DNA of 64,000 nt from NCBI GenBank assembly GCA_951406725.2, contig OX597827.1:7502001-7566000 (forward strand). Direction: 5' to 3'. Positions 38,543 through 53,939 of the stretch are shown piece after piece; within the stretch, counting starts at the first letter, position 1; every line of letters starts with the position of its first letter. The notes below the pieces were generated by a model. That model searched no databases and was not told where the DNA came from. It saw nothing but the letters and a program-made list of their open reading frames with translations. A program made the position numbers and the translations under genes. This DNA is from Octopus vulgaris. Taxonomy: Eukaryota.

Positions 38543-38905
38543 AGGCGGTGAGCTGGCAGAAACGTTAGCACACCGGACAAAATGCTTAGCGGTATTTTGT
38601 CTGCCACTACGTTCTGAGTTCAAATTCCACTGAGGTCGACTTTGCCTTTCATCATTTCAGGGTCGATTAAATAAGTACCTGTTACACACTGGAGTCAATA
38701 TAATCGAGGGCACAAACAAGGACAGACAAACGGATTAAGTCGATTACATCGACCCCCAGTGCGTAACTGGTACTTATTTAATCAACCCCGAAAGGATGAA
38801 AGGCAAAGTCGACCTTGACGGAATTTGAACCCAGAACGTAACGGCAGACGAAATACGGCTATGCATTTCGCCTGGCGTGCTAACGTTTCTGCCAGCTCGC
38901 CACCT
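38543..38905. mobile_element. Tail-to-tail inverted pair of SINE family B
   Basis: Plus copy 38543-38707 fused directly to minus copy 38708-38905. Confidence 0.87.
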
Positions 38906-39699
38906 AAATACTAATTACCATATTGTTTTATTCAATGTTCCTCTGATTCTGCCAATCCACTGCTCTCAAAATTATTATTAATTATTAGAAATTATGAGAA
39001 ATTTTAATTATACAGGCTAATACTCACTGGGATGTGGTGAGACTTTTAAGTTTAGTCTCGAAAACAACATGCAACTCTTTTAGTTTTGTTCACCTTTCTT
39101 CACATCAAAAAAATACTTTTGGTATAAACAGTTCCTACCTGTCTCTGATCCTTTCAAAAGAGCATTTAACCGAAAATTTTTGTGAGAGGTTTTTTTTTTT
39201 TTTTTTTTTGTGAATGGCTTGATTTGTTATACAATGTATTAATGAGTTTTATCTGAAGCAGCAAAGTCACATAAATTAGGGTCATACCCCAATTCATGCA
39301 TCGTTATTAATAAACCCAGAGATGTTCAAATGCTCAAATGTTAATGTTTAAAATCCTGGGAATGAAGAAATAAATTAAAAGTATGAGTTTGTTTCACAAA
39401 TGATTTGTAGATGCGTAAGAATGGTTGGAGAGATTTTTGAGAACAGGGATTGTATTGTAAACGAATGTCAATTGTATGCATATAGGGTTGGTGTACATGA
39501 ATATTTAGATTCAGAGCTACATACACACACACACACACAAGCGCGCACTTGCACGCACACACACTCACATGCATAAAGACATATATACATACATACATAT
39601 ACATACACCTACATATACATATATATATACACACACACACATGCACGTGCGTGCGCATGCACATGCACTCATAAAGACATATATACATACATACATACA

Positions 39700-39733
<34 letters not shown>

Positions 39734-39750
39734 CATATACATACACCTAC

Positions 39751-39811
<61 letters not shown>

Positions 39812-39813
<2 letters not shown>

Positions 39814-40910
39814 GGGTGCAGGGAATAAATTGTTGTCTAAATTACACAAAAATGAAAATAACACTAACATCTCATTTTAACAGATATATTTACCAAAATT
39901 ACATAAAAATAACTTGAAATACGAAAAAGTAAATTCATTCAATAAAATTGCCATTGGCTTCAATCATGGACTCCAGATGGCTTCAGAATCTCCTGCAACT
40001 CTTCCGAAGGGTCTCCTTGTTTAAGTTGCTGAATGCTACCATAATCCTTACTTTCAGTTCATCTTTGGTGTCACAAGGAGTTTGGATGATCTCTCACTCA
40101 ACTGCACCTCACGCATAATAGTCAAGGGGCTTGCAGTCTGGGGAGTTAGGTGGCCAGACATTAGGGGTGATGTGATCGCAGAAACTGACAGCCACGACTG
40201 GGTTCTCCTGCTTGTGTGGCATGGTGCTGAGTCCTGTTGCCAGATATAGGGTCTTCCAGCAGTCACCCTCTTCACTTAGGGTAGCACTACTTCCTCCAGG
40301 TGCTTAATGAAGGCCTCGTTGTTGAGTGTGAGATTGTGTGGGAAGCTGAATGGAGGCAAAACATCACCATCACTAATTATCATTCCAAACACCATAATGT
40401 TGACTGGATGTTTGATTTTTATCACTCTCAGTACATACTTTAGGGACATGACAAGCCAACAGTAGTTCTGTGTGTTAACCATCTGATCCTAGCAGAAATT
40501 TTTCTTGTCTGAGAAAAACCAAAGCATGTTCAGTTGGTGGGGATACTTGAGTTTGTTCAAAAGCTTTGTAGCACAATCTTTTCCCTTGTCTTTGATGGCT
40601 TGGGATAAAGACTGGCCCCTTTCTCATCTTGTATGATGAATACCAAATGTCTTCATGCACTACCTGCCTGATAAGAAACTCAGATGCTCCCCATGTTCCT
40701 GATGATGGACCTGATTAACTTGAATTCCAAGCAGTACAGCATGTCGTTTCCAAATTTCTGGTAAAGTGAATTGCATCATGGTGCTGTTTTTCTCACAAAC
40801 GGTGCCCGATTGACCCTACTATACTGTGTAGCCAACAAAACCAAAAACAAACAATGCACATGGGTGAAATTAAAAATATAAAATGGTGACAATTTACCTT
40901 TCATACACTG
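39812..40910 (-). mobile_element. Decayed Tc1/mariner transposon, DD37D (maT)-like
   Basis: Minus frames: KHPVNIMVFGMIISDG...EVVLP..KRVTAGRPYIWQQDSAPCHTS...WPPNSPDCKPLDYY...; D-to-D spacing is 37 if a 5-nt deletion is restored. Degenerate TIRs cagggtg...taaattgt / acaattta...cactg|ta. Confidence 0.85.
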
Positions 40911-41032
40911 TATATATATATATACATGCACACACACACACACATATCATATTTATATATACATACATGCATACATATATACGTAAATGCATACATGCAA
41001 GCACACATATATGTATATGTATGCGTATGCGT

Positions 41033-41242
41033 ATGGGCTGTCCATAAATTATCTTTACAACTTTCAAGTGAGATACTTCAATGATCTTCATTGCAGCCTG
41101 CAAATAGAGTGCTCTTCCATTTGTAATAAAACTCTATTGGTTTGCCTATGCTTCTTTCCATTAAACTCTACTGAGTTGACCTAATTTTTTGATTTTTCCT
41201 GAATTTTTCAAAATTGTAAAGATAATTTATGGACACTCTCTG
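41033..41242. mobile_element. Tc1/mariner-type MITE
   Basis: Inverted repeats tgtccataaattatctttacaa / ttgtaaagataatttatggaca, ending ctg|ta. Confidence 0.78.
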
Positions 41243-41273
41243 TATATATATATACACACACATATACACACAC

Positions 41274-41310
<37 letters not shown>

Positions 41311-41614
41311 TATACTGGGAGAAAGGAAAGAAACGAAATGAAACGACGCGAGGGCGCTCAGTCATACAATAATGTAATAAATAAAATATATGCATACATA
41401 CAAACATATATGTACGTACCTACATCTACATGTATATATACATGCATATATATATATATATATGTGAGTACAGGACACCACAAATATATATATATATATA
41501 TATACATGCACACACACACACACATATGTAAATATGCATATATATATATATGTGCATGTATGTCTCTGTGTGTATTTTGAGAGGCAGAGAGAGAAAGCGA
41601 GAGAAGTATAGTTA

Positions 41615-41826
41615 TGTAGGTATGTATGCATGTATGTATGTATGTATGTATGTATGTATGTATGTATGCATGCATGTATGTATGTATGTATGTATGTATG
41701 TATGTATGTATGTATGCATGCATGTATGTATGCATGCATGTATGTATGTATGTATGTATGTATGTATGTATGCATGCATGTATGTATGTATGTATGTATG
41801 TATGTATGTGTGTGTGTATGTATGTA
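41615..41826. repeat. (TATG)n microsatellite
   Basis: Directly visible. Confidence 0.95.
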
Positions 41827-42764
41827 TTAGTCTTAATTTCAAAATCTTCTCAAGTAGTTTCCATAGTATTTATTGGAGGCACATAGGTACATTGTAATGT
41901 GATTGCAAGATGTTAGAGGTAGATAGATTTATTTGTTTATTTGTTCATCAAATCACTTAGACTTTTAATATACCAAAGATAGAATATATGCATCTTCTTT
42001 TTGTTTTTTTTTTTACAGCGACATATTTTTTAAAGATTTCATTAGTTTGTACATTCATTTTAAAAAGAAAAACAACACTGCTTACAAGGTGTGTATATTA
42101 TTACTATCTGCTGTATTAGTACTATCCTACAGCTTCTCTGAAGCAAGTGATAGTATTTAGATATTTTCCAGAATAGCTTAAATTATATATTTCTTAATTA
42201 ATTGCTGCTTTGCTTTACAGTACTTCAGAAATTAAATTTTTTTTTTTTTTTTTTTTTCTTTTTTAAATTTTCCTTTCAACATTTCTTCATATGAGAAATT
42301 CAAAGATTTTCACCAGCCTTTACAGTTCATTAATGATTAATCTGAAAAGATATTTTAAAAAATAATTTATATACAGTAACCCGAAAGAAAAAAAAAAAAA
42401 ATGCAAGTAAAAAAAAAGCGACACAAACAGAACGAAGGGAAATCAACAGTAAAGTAACAATATTATTAATAGTTCGTTTTATCTTTTTAAACAGTTTCTG
42501 TCATTATTCAATTGGAAAAAAAATGAATAAAATATGTTCATTAAAATTGCCATTTTTTTTTCTCCTTCCTGGATTAATTTTCAAAAGAATCAATAATAAA
42601 GAAATTTTATTTTCATTTTACTTCAACGCTGTCAGTTCTGAGATTCTTTTGAGTTCAATTTAAATGTTTGAAAAGTAGTAAAATTTTTATAAAATTGGAA
42701 CAGAAATTCCTAAGCTTAATAATACATGTCGTAAAGAAATGTATGAGTTTGAAATAATTGCTAT

Positions 42765-43830
42765 GTATCATAAACCATAACCATCAACTGTTTAAAATAA
42801 TTACGGTGTATCATAAGCCATAACCGTCGTCATTTTAAAATAATTACTGTGTATCACAAACCATAACCATCATTAGTTTAAAATAATTACTCTGTATCAG
42901 AAGCCATAACCACCATCAGTTTAAAATAGTTACTCCGCATCATGAACCATAACCATATTCATTTTAATATAATCACTTTGTATCACAAGCCATAGCCATC
43001 ATCAGTTTAAAATGACTCCTCTGAATCACAAGCCATAACCACCATTAGTTTAACAATGTTTACTTTGTATCAGAAGCCATAACAATCATCAGTTTATCAG
43101 AAGCCATAACCATCATCAGTTTAAAATAACTACTTAGTATCACAAGCCATAAATATCATCATTTTAACATGATTTCTTTGTATCACAAGCCCTGGCAGAA
43201 ACGTTAGCGTGCAGGGCAAAATGCTTAGCAGTATTTCGTCTGCCATTACGTTCTGAGTTCAAATTCCACCGAGGTTGACTTTGCCTTTCAGCCTTTCGGG
43301 GTCAATAAATAAAGTACCAGTTACGCACTGAGGTCGATGTAATCAACTTAATTCCTTTGTCTGTCCTTGTTTGTCCTCTCTATGTTTAGCCCCTTGTGGT
43401 TAGTAAAGAAATAGGTATTTCGTCTGCTGCTACGTTCTGAGTTCAAATTCCACCAATGTCGACTTTGCCTTTCATTCTTTCAGGGTCGATAAATAAAGTA
43501 CCAGTTATGCACTGAGGTAGATGTAATCAACTTAATTCCTTTGTCTGTCCTTGTTTGTCCCCTCTATTTTTAGCCCCTTGTGGTTAGTAAAGAAATAGGT
43601 ATTTTGTCTGCCGCTACGTTCTGAGTTCAAATTCCGCCTAGGTCGACTTTGCCTTTCATCCTTTCGGGGTCGATAAATAAAGAACCAGTTACGCACTGGG
43701 GTCGATGTAATCGACTTTGTCCCTTTGTCTGTCCTTGTTTGTCCCCTCTATGTTTAGCCCCTTGTGGGCAATGAAGAAATATATCATCAGTTTAAAATAA
43801 TTGCTGTGTGTCATAAACCATAGCCATCAT
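42765..43830. repeat. ~41-bp minisatellite (about 11 units) interrupted by a SINE trimer
   Basis: Unit ~tatcacaagccataaccatcatcagtttaaaataattactgtg over 42765-43190, resuming at 43781-43830. Confidence 0.9.
43193..43780 (+). mobile_element. Tandem trimer of SINE family B
   Basis: Junctions aagaaataggtatttcgtctg at ~43414 and aagaaataggtattttgtctg at ~43598. Confidence 0.9.
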
Positions 43831-44386
43831 CTTTGCATGTGCGTGTGTGTGTATACGTGCATGCACATGTGCACATACATGTGCACGTGAATTGCATATA
43901 TTTCTGCATGTCTATGCATTGACATATGCAAACTCTTCCAGTTGATGATTTGACATGTGATGCCCATTGGAATAAAGTATATTACTTGAAAACAAGTACA
44001 GGTTTCCATCGAGAAATACAAAGCGAATATTGCCTCATGATAACTCCTCTAACCCATGACAGCATGGAAACAGTAGACATAAAACTGATAGCGATAACAA
44101 CAACAAAAACAGCAGTTGGCAATGGAGATGAAGATGACGATGATGATGATGGCCTCAAGTTTGAGAAGATTGTGATTCAACTGATTCTTATTACACTGTC
44201 AAGGAAGTGAACAGCCATTCTTATTGCTTTTATTTAACCACAGGCCAACCTTGGCTAAAAATATTCAATCTATGACTATCCTGTTTTTTAAGACAACTCT
44301 GATGAAAAACATACCAGCTGTGACTACTCTGTCTTCCTCAGAGAGATAGTGCATCTAGGATAATATTATAAATTCTGTTAAATTAT

Positions 44387-44668
44387 TATTCTCTTGTGTC
44401 TGGGGAGAGTGATTCACTTTTAGTGCCTTATTATTTAACACACTCACCGGTAAGATTTCCACTTATTTCTTATCTTTATTTTCTAAAATTTTTGCTGTGT
44501 CTTGCAACCTTTTCAATAGTCTTGAGAGTCAAGACTATTGAAAAGGTTGCAAGACGCAACGAAAATTTTTGGAAAACATAAATAAGAAATAAGTGGAAAT
44601 TTTACCAGTGAGTGTGTTACATTATAAGGCACAAAAAGAAAATGACTCTTCCCAGACACAACAGAATA
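44387..44668. repeat. ~280-bp foldback palindrome (MITE-like)
   Basis: Centre gtcttgcaaccttttcaatagtcttga-gag-tcaagactattgaaaaggttgcaagac; arms pair out to tattctcttgtgtc/gacacaacagaata. Confidence 0.9.
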
Positions 44669-45349
44669 TGCTTCAACACACGAACTCATATAAAGAATCT
44701 TGCAAACCAAATCCAAAAACGAAATACAATTCTCTTCTTTTATTATAAGATTGTGTTGGATATGAGGGTGATTTGATTACTATTTCTAGTATGTCAACCA
44801 GCCACTTAGCAACTCTTTCCTGGGTCTTTGAAAATGGATTTATTCAAATATCTGTCACATTTATCTCTTTGATGTTTGCAGCAGGTTTCACAAACTCAAA
44901 TTCTTAAGAACACTGACAGTTCATTAAAATCCTTTTAATTAGTTTTACTCAATTTTGTTTGTAGATTGGATTCTCTTAAATTAATTATGAAACATTTATC
45001 TAAGCACAATAGTTTCTAATCTTTGACAACACAGAAATGGTGAAGATTATATTTGATAATAACTTGTCCTTGTAATTTTGTAAGATCTGAAAGTCTTCAA
45101 GTGTATGCATATTCATGTATATATATATGTATATGTAAATGTGAGTGTGTTTATGTATGTATATTAATATATATATATATGTATATGTATGTGTGTGTGT
45201 GTGTTTTGTCTAAACATACACACACATACATCTATATACATATATATATATACATATGTTCATATATGTCTATATATATGTGTGTGTATGTATATATATA
45301 TATATATATAAATATATATATACACTTATATATATTTAAGTATATATAT

Positions 45350-45382
<33 letters not shown>

Positions 45383-45408
45383 CCTACATACATATAGACA
45401 TACATACA

Positions 45409-45457
<49 letters not shown>

Positions 45458-45481
45458 ATATATATATACTTAAATATATAT

Positions 45482-45603
<122 letters not shown>

Positions 45604-46290
45604 CATATATACATACATACATACATACATGCATACATACATACATGTGTGTGTGTGTGTGTGCAAACGTTTTTCCTGATCCTGCTAGGCTATAGTGGTA
45701 TCAATAACCAATTGTTTGAACTCTCAATGCTTATGCTTCACAGTATTTGTATGTTCCAGTGGTGAGGAGGTGAGAATTGTCTGATATTCTCCAATCCGGA
45801 TTCTTATATGAACCGGTAAATCTGCACACTGCATAATATTAATTACTAAATTAACAATGTCTTACAACTGTTTCAACAATAATGAAACATGTACCCAAAT
45901 TTGAGTTCAGTGCAATGTCTTATAGCTTCTTCAGAGCCATTTCTATAAGCTAATGAAGGTTGGTACATTACTCCAAATTTATTTGTCATTCATTTACTAA
46001 TACATACATACATACATACATACATACATACATACATACATACATACATACATACAAACATACATACATACATACATAATGTAATCCTTGTATTGTCCTT
46101 TTTCATGCCATGATGATTTTCCACCCAAGGCATTTTGAAATGCAAGATTGTATATTTATATATGTTTTGTAGTTTAAATTGGATGTGAGTTGAAACAATT
46201 GTAGGTGAAGATGTTAATTAATTAATTAATTCAGTCATTCATTAATAAATTTGTATCCATTGAATCTCTCCATTTTCAAACTTAATAATA

Positions 46291-46493
46291 CTCTTTTACT
46301 CTTTTACTCTTTTACTTGTTTCAGTCATTTGACTGCGGCCATGCTGGAGCACTGTCTTTTTAGTCGAGCAAATTGACCCCAGGACTTATTCTTTGTATGC
46401 ATACTGCTTATTTTATCAGTCTCTTTTACCAAACTGCTAAGTTATGGGAATGTAAACACACCACCATCGGTTGTCACAGACATACAAACATAT

Positions 46494-46542
<49 letters not shown>

Positions 46543-46640
46543 TACGATGGGCTTCCGTCAACCTAATCCACTCACAAGGCTTTGGTCAGCCCAAGGCTAT
46601 ATAGTACAAGACACTTGCCCAAGGTGCCACGCAGTGGGAA
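46291..46640 (-). mobile_element. SINE family A, 5'-truncated
   Basis: Reverse complement of family A with internal deletions. Confidence 0.82.
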
Positions 46641-46654
46641 TGATATTTGATACA

Positions 46655-46690
<36 letters not shown>

Positions 46691-47109
46691 AATTTATATA
46701 TACATGGCAGAAGAGGTCCAAAGATGGTAGAGATGAGAGATAATGAGTGAGGGTGCTAAGATCAATGCATATTTATGCAGCAAATAGCACCAAAAATACA
46801 CTTGCTACATACTTATACATTATAATTTTCAAATCCACTGCACAAGTTACCCTCGAGTTTGAGGGTAACTACAAAAATATTTATATTTTCATTCCCTTTG
46901 AAATTGCTCTTATTCATGGTCTGAGCTTCAACTGCCCTTTCTAGCATGTAAGATGTCCTGTCAAAGGTCATCTCTTTCGTGTATAAATACGTAAATTGTT
47001 TATACCCTATCATATATGAAAATATGTTGTCTATTGACTTTATTACGCATGTTAGCCACCGGTATGAAAATCTTTCTAAATTTTCTACTCTTATTATTTT
47101 CACAGTATG

Positions 47110-47146
<37 letters not shown>

Positions 47147-47324
47147 TCTGCTGAGTGGTTGGTGTTAAGAAGGGCATCCAGCAGTAAAAATCCTGCCAAA
47201 ACAGTTACAGCTGTCTGGTGCAGGCTTCTACTTGGTTGGTTCTTGTCAAACCATCACAGCCATGCCAACATGGAAGGCGGATGTTAAACAACGATGATGA
47301 TGATGATATATATATATATATATA

Positions 47325-47552
47325 TCACCGTGATCACTGTGACTGACCAGGCTATCAGATGTTGCTACACATTGCTAGTCACAATGCGCTTTTGCACTGT
47401 TTTAGTCTTCAAATAACACCACCCCACTGGCTAAGGGAGCAGGCCAACAGAAGAAAGAGTGAGAGAAAGTTGCAGTGAAAGACTACAGCAGGGATCGCCA
47501 CCATTCCCTGCCGGAGCACCGTAGAGCTTTAGGTGTTTTCGTTCAATAAACA
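47325..47552 (-). mobile_element. SINE family E, 5'-truncated
   Basis: Reverse complement of ~31185-31405. Confidence 0.8.
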
Positions 47553-47828
47553 TATCAAGGATAATAATATGATAATAATCACACACACACACACACACTC
47601 ACATGATGGGCTTCTTTTGTTTTCCACATACCAACTCCTCTCACAAGGCTTTGGTCGGCCCAACGCTATTGTAGAAGACAGTTGTCCAAGATGTAACACA
47701 ATGGTACTGAACCAAGAATCTTGTGGTTGGGAGGCAAGCTTCTTACCATATACCCATACCTGCAACCATCTGTCTGGCTGTGTATCTATCTATCTATCTA
47801 TCTATCCATCTATCCATCTATCCATCTT

Positions 47829-47903
<75 letters not shown>

Positions 47904-49121
47904 GTCTGTCTGTCTGTCTGTCTAGGTATATTGTCTGTGTGTCTGTCGATCAGTCTATCTATCTAATCCTTTAACTTTTTTTTATTGGATTACCTTATAA
48001 AAAGAAAAAGAAAATTGTTTAAATAATTTTATGTTGAATTTTCTTTAAAGCTTTCCCCTCTTTAAGAGAAGAACATTCTAAGGGAGGCAACTCAAGAATA
48101 TAGCCATTCCTTTAAAAATTCCAGGTTTTACTTTTAAAGCTATTTCGTTTTTTTTACTCCTGAATGATCTGATATTTTTGTTCCATTTGAGAATTTTAAT
48201 TTTATCTAATTAATAATATTAAATACCTCAAACCACATAAAACAGGAAATAAAAGTACTGAAATTATTATATTTGACAAAGTGACATTTATAATTTAAAA
48301 TACAGATATTAAATTTGAACTATCATTTTAAAGCACGCTTAAAGAATCTTAGAACATTCACTGATGTAGGGACTCAGTAGTGGGACTAAATTCAGATCAA
48401 TTTTTAAATCAGCCGATGGCTAATATTGTAAAGTTTTGCTTGATAGCTTATTCGACCAAACTTGTTGAATAAGCTCTCAGACTTAAATAAACTACAAATG
48501 CCAGTCAACATGAATTTTACGATTAATTTGCAATAAAAGATATATGAAGTATTTGATTATTGTCTCATTTCTTCAACTTGAAACCATGTGGTTGTAAAAT
48601 GGACACCTTAACCATACAACTATATTATTTTGATATTATCACTAAAAATAATGCCTTCAAAAACAAGAACGAAAGAAGTCAAAAGATTAAAAATTAGATG
48701 AATATATCATAAAGTGCTTTGTGATGTTAATCTTCTTGTCAGTAGGTTATCTGGTGTAATCATTCCATTCAACATCATCATCATCATTTGACATCTATTT
48801 TTCCATGCTTACATGGGTCAGAGGGAATTCGTCGAAGTAAAATTTTCTTCAGATGGATGCCCCTCCTGTTGCTAACACTCGCCTGTTTCCATGCAAGGTA
48901 ACGTTTCCTCATGAACTGATATAGTTTTCACAGAAGATTGGAAATGAACAATTTTATTTGTAGGACAATGATGCTCATTTGCAGCTGTCATGTGATGTTT
49001 ACAGAAGAGCACACATATACACACACACACACATACTTGCACATGCACACACACACACACACACAGATGCGTACATGCACACACACACACACACACACAT
49101 GCACATACAATGAGCTTCTTT

Positions 49122-49360
49122 TAATTTCTTATTTCTTTATTGCTCACAAGGGGCTAAACATAGAGGGGACAAACAAAGACAGACAATGGGATTAAGTCGA
49201 TTGCATCGACCCCAGTGCGTAACTGGTACTTAATTTATCGACCCCCAAAAGGGATGAAAGGCAAAGTCGACCTTGGCAGAATTTGAACTCACAACGTAAC
49301 GGCAGATGAAATACCACTAAGCATTTCACCTGGCATGCTAACGACTCAGCCAGCTCACCG
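49122..49360 (-). mobile_element. SINE family B nested in an old family A copy
   Basis: Flanked by gcttctttta; family A head continues at 49375-49497. Confidence 0.82.
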
Positions 49361-49929
49361 CTTCTTTTATTTGTACCTACCAAGGCTTTGGTCAACCTGA
49401 GGCTGTAGTGGAAGACATTCGCTCAAGCTGCCAGACAGTGGGACTGAACCCATGACAACATGGTTGGGAAGCAAGTTCTTGACTACTCAGCCATGCCTTT
49501 CCCTACTTGTAGATAAGCTTATTTCCAAAAGATCCTAGTGCTTGTTTTTAGCCTTCAGCAAAGTTTTATTTGATTTGTTACAGATAATTTTTCTGTTGGT
49601 TTATTAAACTGATAATATGTATATCAGTAAAGCAGGTATTATTATTTAGGATAATCTCTTGCTAAATTAGGATTAAATCCTAATTAATTGTTCAATGATT
49701 AATCAACATAATCACTCTAATCCTTGCTTTAAATTAATTTGAAACCTCTGCTGCTTTCTCTTTGTATTTTGTATTATTTATTGCAAGCTTCAGATTCATA
49801 AGCAATGAAAGAGAAAGGTGACAGTGTGATGATAAGATATTCACGAATAATCCAAGTGAAATCAAAGCCATATGCTTAGAATTAGGAATCAAATATCCAT
49901 GCAAAAACTCACCTTTCCAAGAAATATAA

Positions 49930-50339
49930 AATAAAATAATAATAATGTAATTATTGTATACAGTGCTCAGGTGCACCACAACTTGTCAGAAAGTGCATAT
50001 AAAGTACATGCAGTAATGTAGAAATGTCTGGAAAGCGAACAGTGTATGAGTCAGATACATGCTTGTGTGTGTATGGAGGGGAGAAAATCAAGTGTAGTGT
50101 TGGCGAATCTCAGGAAGCATGGAAGTTTTGAAGGATGCAGTGCTCTGAAAAATAACAACTGATGCCGGCAGTCTGTTCCATGCTTCAGCAACTCTTAGCA
50201 TGAAAAAATGTTTCCTAAAGTCATGGGAGCTGTGCTGTTTTCTGACTTTGTAAATATGTCCATGGGTGTTAGACAGGTGAAGTTTGAAAAGGTGCTCAGA
50301 GTTATTGTTTGTGCGATGGTTGATAATTTTATGGGTGTC
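49930..50339 (-). mobile_element. CR1-clade LINE 3' fragment
   Basis: Clearly homologous to 26765-27160. Confidence 0.88.
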
Positions 50340-50931
50340 ACTTCTATATGATACACATCATCAAGCATTTAAAACCTATTTTCCCTGATAGGGCAGGAGT
50401 TAGCCTCACAAGCCCTATGTCAGTTGTTTTACCATTTTATCCTACACTCTACATCTGCCTTCACTTAATCTTCTTGCCTTCATTTTCTCCTTCATCATCA
50501 TTCACTGTCTTCTTGGGCTTTCTTCTTCTATGTCTATCCACATTTAATTCAATCATTCCTATAACCAGTCCTTTTTCAGTACATGACCTAGCTATTTTAT
50601 CCCATTTCTCTTCACAACATCCAACACTTTTCTACATAACGATCAGTTGATAATGCAGTTTTCTTATTCATTTATTGGGTGAGGATATAGTTGTTTGCAT
50701 GAAAACCTAAGTCATGACTAGTGATTAAACAAAAATATTGATTATAGAAGAATTCAAATTAGAATGCAGAGAAAGAAAAGTAAATATTGTTCTACTGTTA
50801 GAATAGAATTCAGTAAATAAAGTAATAAATGCTTCTAATTTAAATACAAGGTCTGAGATTTGAAGTGAGGGATCAGTGAATTAATAAACCTCAACTCTTG
50901 ATTGGTAATTTTATTTTATCAATCCTAGAGA

Positions 50932-51096
50932 GGCGCAGGAGTGGCTGTGTGGTAAGTAGCTTGCTTACCAACCACATGGTTCCGGGTTCAGTCCCACTGC
51001 GTGGCATCTTGGGCAAGTGTCTTCTGCTATAGCCTCGGGCTGACCAAAGCCTTGTGAGTGGATTTGGTAGATGGAAACTGAAAGAAGCCCATCGTA

Positions 51097-51146
<50 letters not shown>

Positions 51147-51375
51147 TGTGTGTGTTTGTGTGTCTGTGTTTGGCCCCTTGCATTGCTTGACAACCGATGC
51201 TGGTGTGTTTATGTCACCATTACTTAGCGGTTTGGCAAAAGAGACCGATAGAATAAGTACTGGGCTTACAAAAGAATAAGTCCCGGGGTCGAGTTGCTCG
51301 ATTAAAGGCGGTGCTCCAGCATGGCCGCAGTCAAATGACTGAAACAAGTAAAAGAGTAAAAGAGAGTAAAAGAGA
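50932..51375 (+). mobile_element. SINE family A, full length
   Basis: Matches family A. Confidence 0.9.
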
Positions 51376-51479
51376 TGAAAGACAAAGCTGAACTCAATGG
51401 GATTTGAACTCACAACATAAAAAGATGGAACAATACTGCAAGGCAACTTGTGATGCTCCAGTCATTCTATCAATCAACT

Positions 51480-51687
51480 GCTTTCAAATTTTGACACAAG
51501 ACCAGCAATTTCAGAAGAGTAGGTAAATTGATTGCACTGACCCCAGTGCTCAACTGGTATTAATTTTAATTGGTTCCAAAAGGATGAAAGGGGAAGTCGA
51601 CCCCTGTGGAATTTGAGCCCAGAATGTAAAGACGGATGAAATGTCACTAAGCATTTTGTCTGGCACACTAACGATTCTGCAACTGCC

Positions 51688-51688
<1 letters not shown>
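51480..51688 (-). mobile_element. Older family B variant with a different 3' tail
   Basis: Family B head and core, but tail aaattgctggtcttgtgtcaaaatttgaaa; also at 19125-19315, 55778-55995 and 56480-56600. Confidence 0.7.
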
Positions 51689-52000
<312 letters not shown>

Positions 52001-52214
52001 ATGACATAGAAAAGAAGTTCCAAACCAAGGAAGGAGTGTGTAGTAAACAGTTGATTATGTATGAATACCATTATATAACTGGTATCTGGAAGGATGAACA
52101 GACAAAAATAATTAAAAAAATATAAAAGAAACAGGCAAATTTTGTAAAACATTTTGTATGGTACTTGACAGATTCATGTACTCTTAAAAACAAGCTGGTC
52201 AGGACAACAACTAT

Positions 52215-52395
52215 GGTGATGATAATCATGATAATGATGCTGCTGCTGATGATGATGATGGTGGTGATGGTCATGGTGATCCTGATGATGACTATGACAG
52301 CAATGATAACGATGACGATAATGATGGACAATGATGATGTTGGTAATGATGAACTGATGGTGATGATGATGATGGTGATGATGATGATGGTGGTG

Positions 52396-52449
<54 letters not shown>

Positions 52450-52650
52450 TGATGGTCGTGGTGATCCTGATGATGAACTATGATGATAATGATGGACAAT
52501 GATGATGATAGTAATGATGAACTGATGGTGATGACAACAATGATGATGATGACGATATTGATGATGATGATAACGATGGTGGTGGTGGTGGTGGTGATGG
52601 CAGTGGCAGCAGCAGCAGCAACAGCCACGGTGGTGGTGGTGGTTATGATG
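52215..52650. repeat. Imperfect (GAT)n array
   Basis: Directly visible. Confidence 0.92.
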
Positions 52651-52975
52651 ATCAAGATGTTATCTTTTCTTTTGGCATTGATTAAGTTTTATAAAACATA
52701 AAATACAGTCCACAGAATCAGCTCCAGTCCATCTCTGGCAACTTCCCACAATATTTGAACTCAGGACTGAGAAGGATAAAACTAAATGTTGTGCATTATC
52801 TTCTTTATCTTATATCCACACAGAGACACACACACACACACACACACATACCATCATGATCATCATCTTACCACTCCTTTCCATGTTGGGATGGCTTGTA
52901 TGGGTCATAAAATTAAATGTAAGTTATCTTTTTTTATCCTATACCAACAAGTAGCACCCCCCCCCCCGACCATGT

Positions 52976-53517
<542 letters not shown>

Positions 53518-53939
53518 TAGCTCTCCTTTCCATACCATGCTGATATGACTTGGATGGGTCATTACTGCTTCAGCTAAAATGATTGCAGGATCATATCACG
53601 CTCCAAATTTCACTTTTGGCATGGTTTCTATATCCTTGGCCAATATGCATACACACACACACACACACACACAAACACATTCACATACATATGCACACAA
53701 GAATAAGTGCACTGACACACACTGAGACACACACATATTCACACACAAACACACTAACACACACATGCACACATACATATACATATGCACACAAGCATAC
53801 ACACACTGACGCATACATATGCACAGACACAAACACCTATATAATATAGTTTGTGACACAGCTCTACACACACCTCAAATCTTTTGCTTTTGAAAATCAC
53901 ACAAATGCGAAACCAGTTAAGTGAATTAATATTAATATA

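Noticed and set aside
42765-43190. CRISPR-like periodic repeat
   Set aside because: No unique spacers, units diverged throughout, eukaryotic context and no cas genes.
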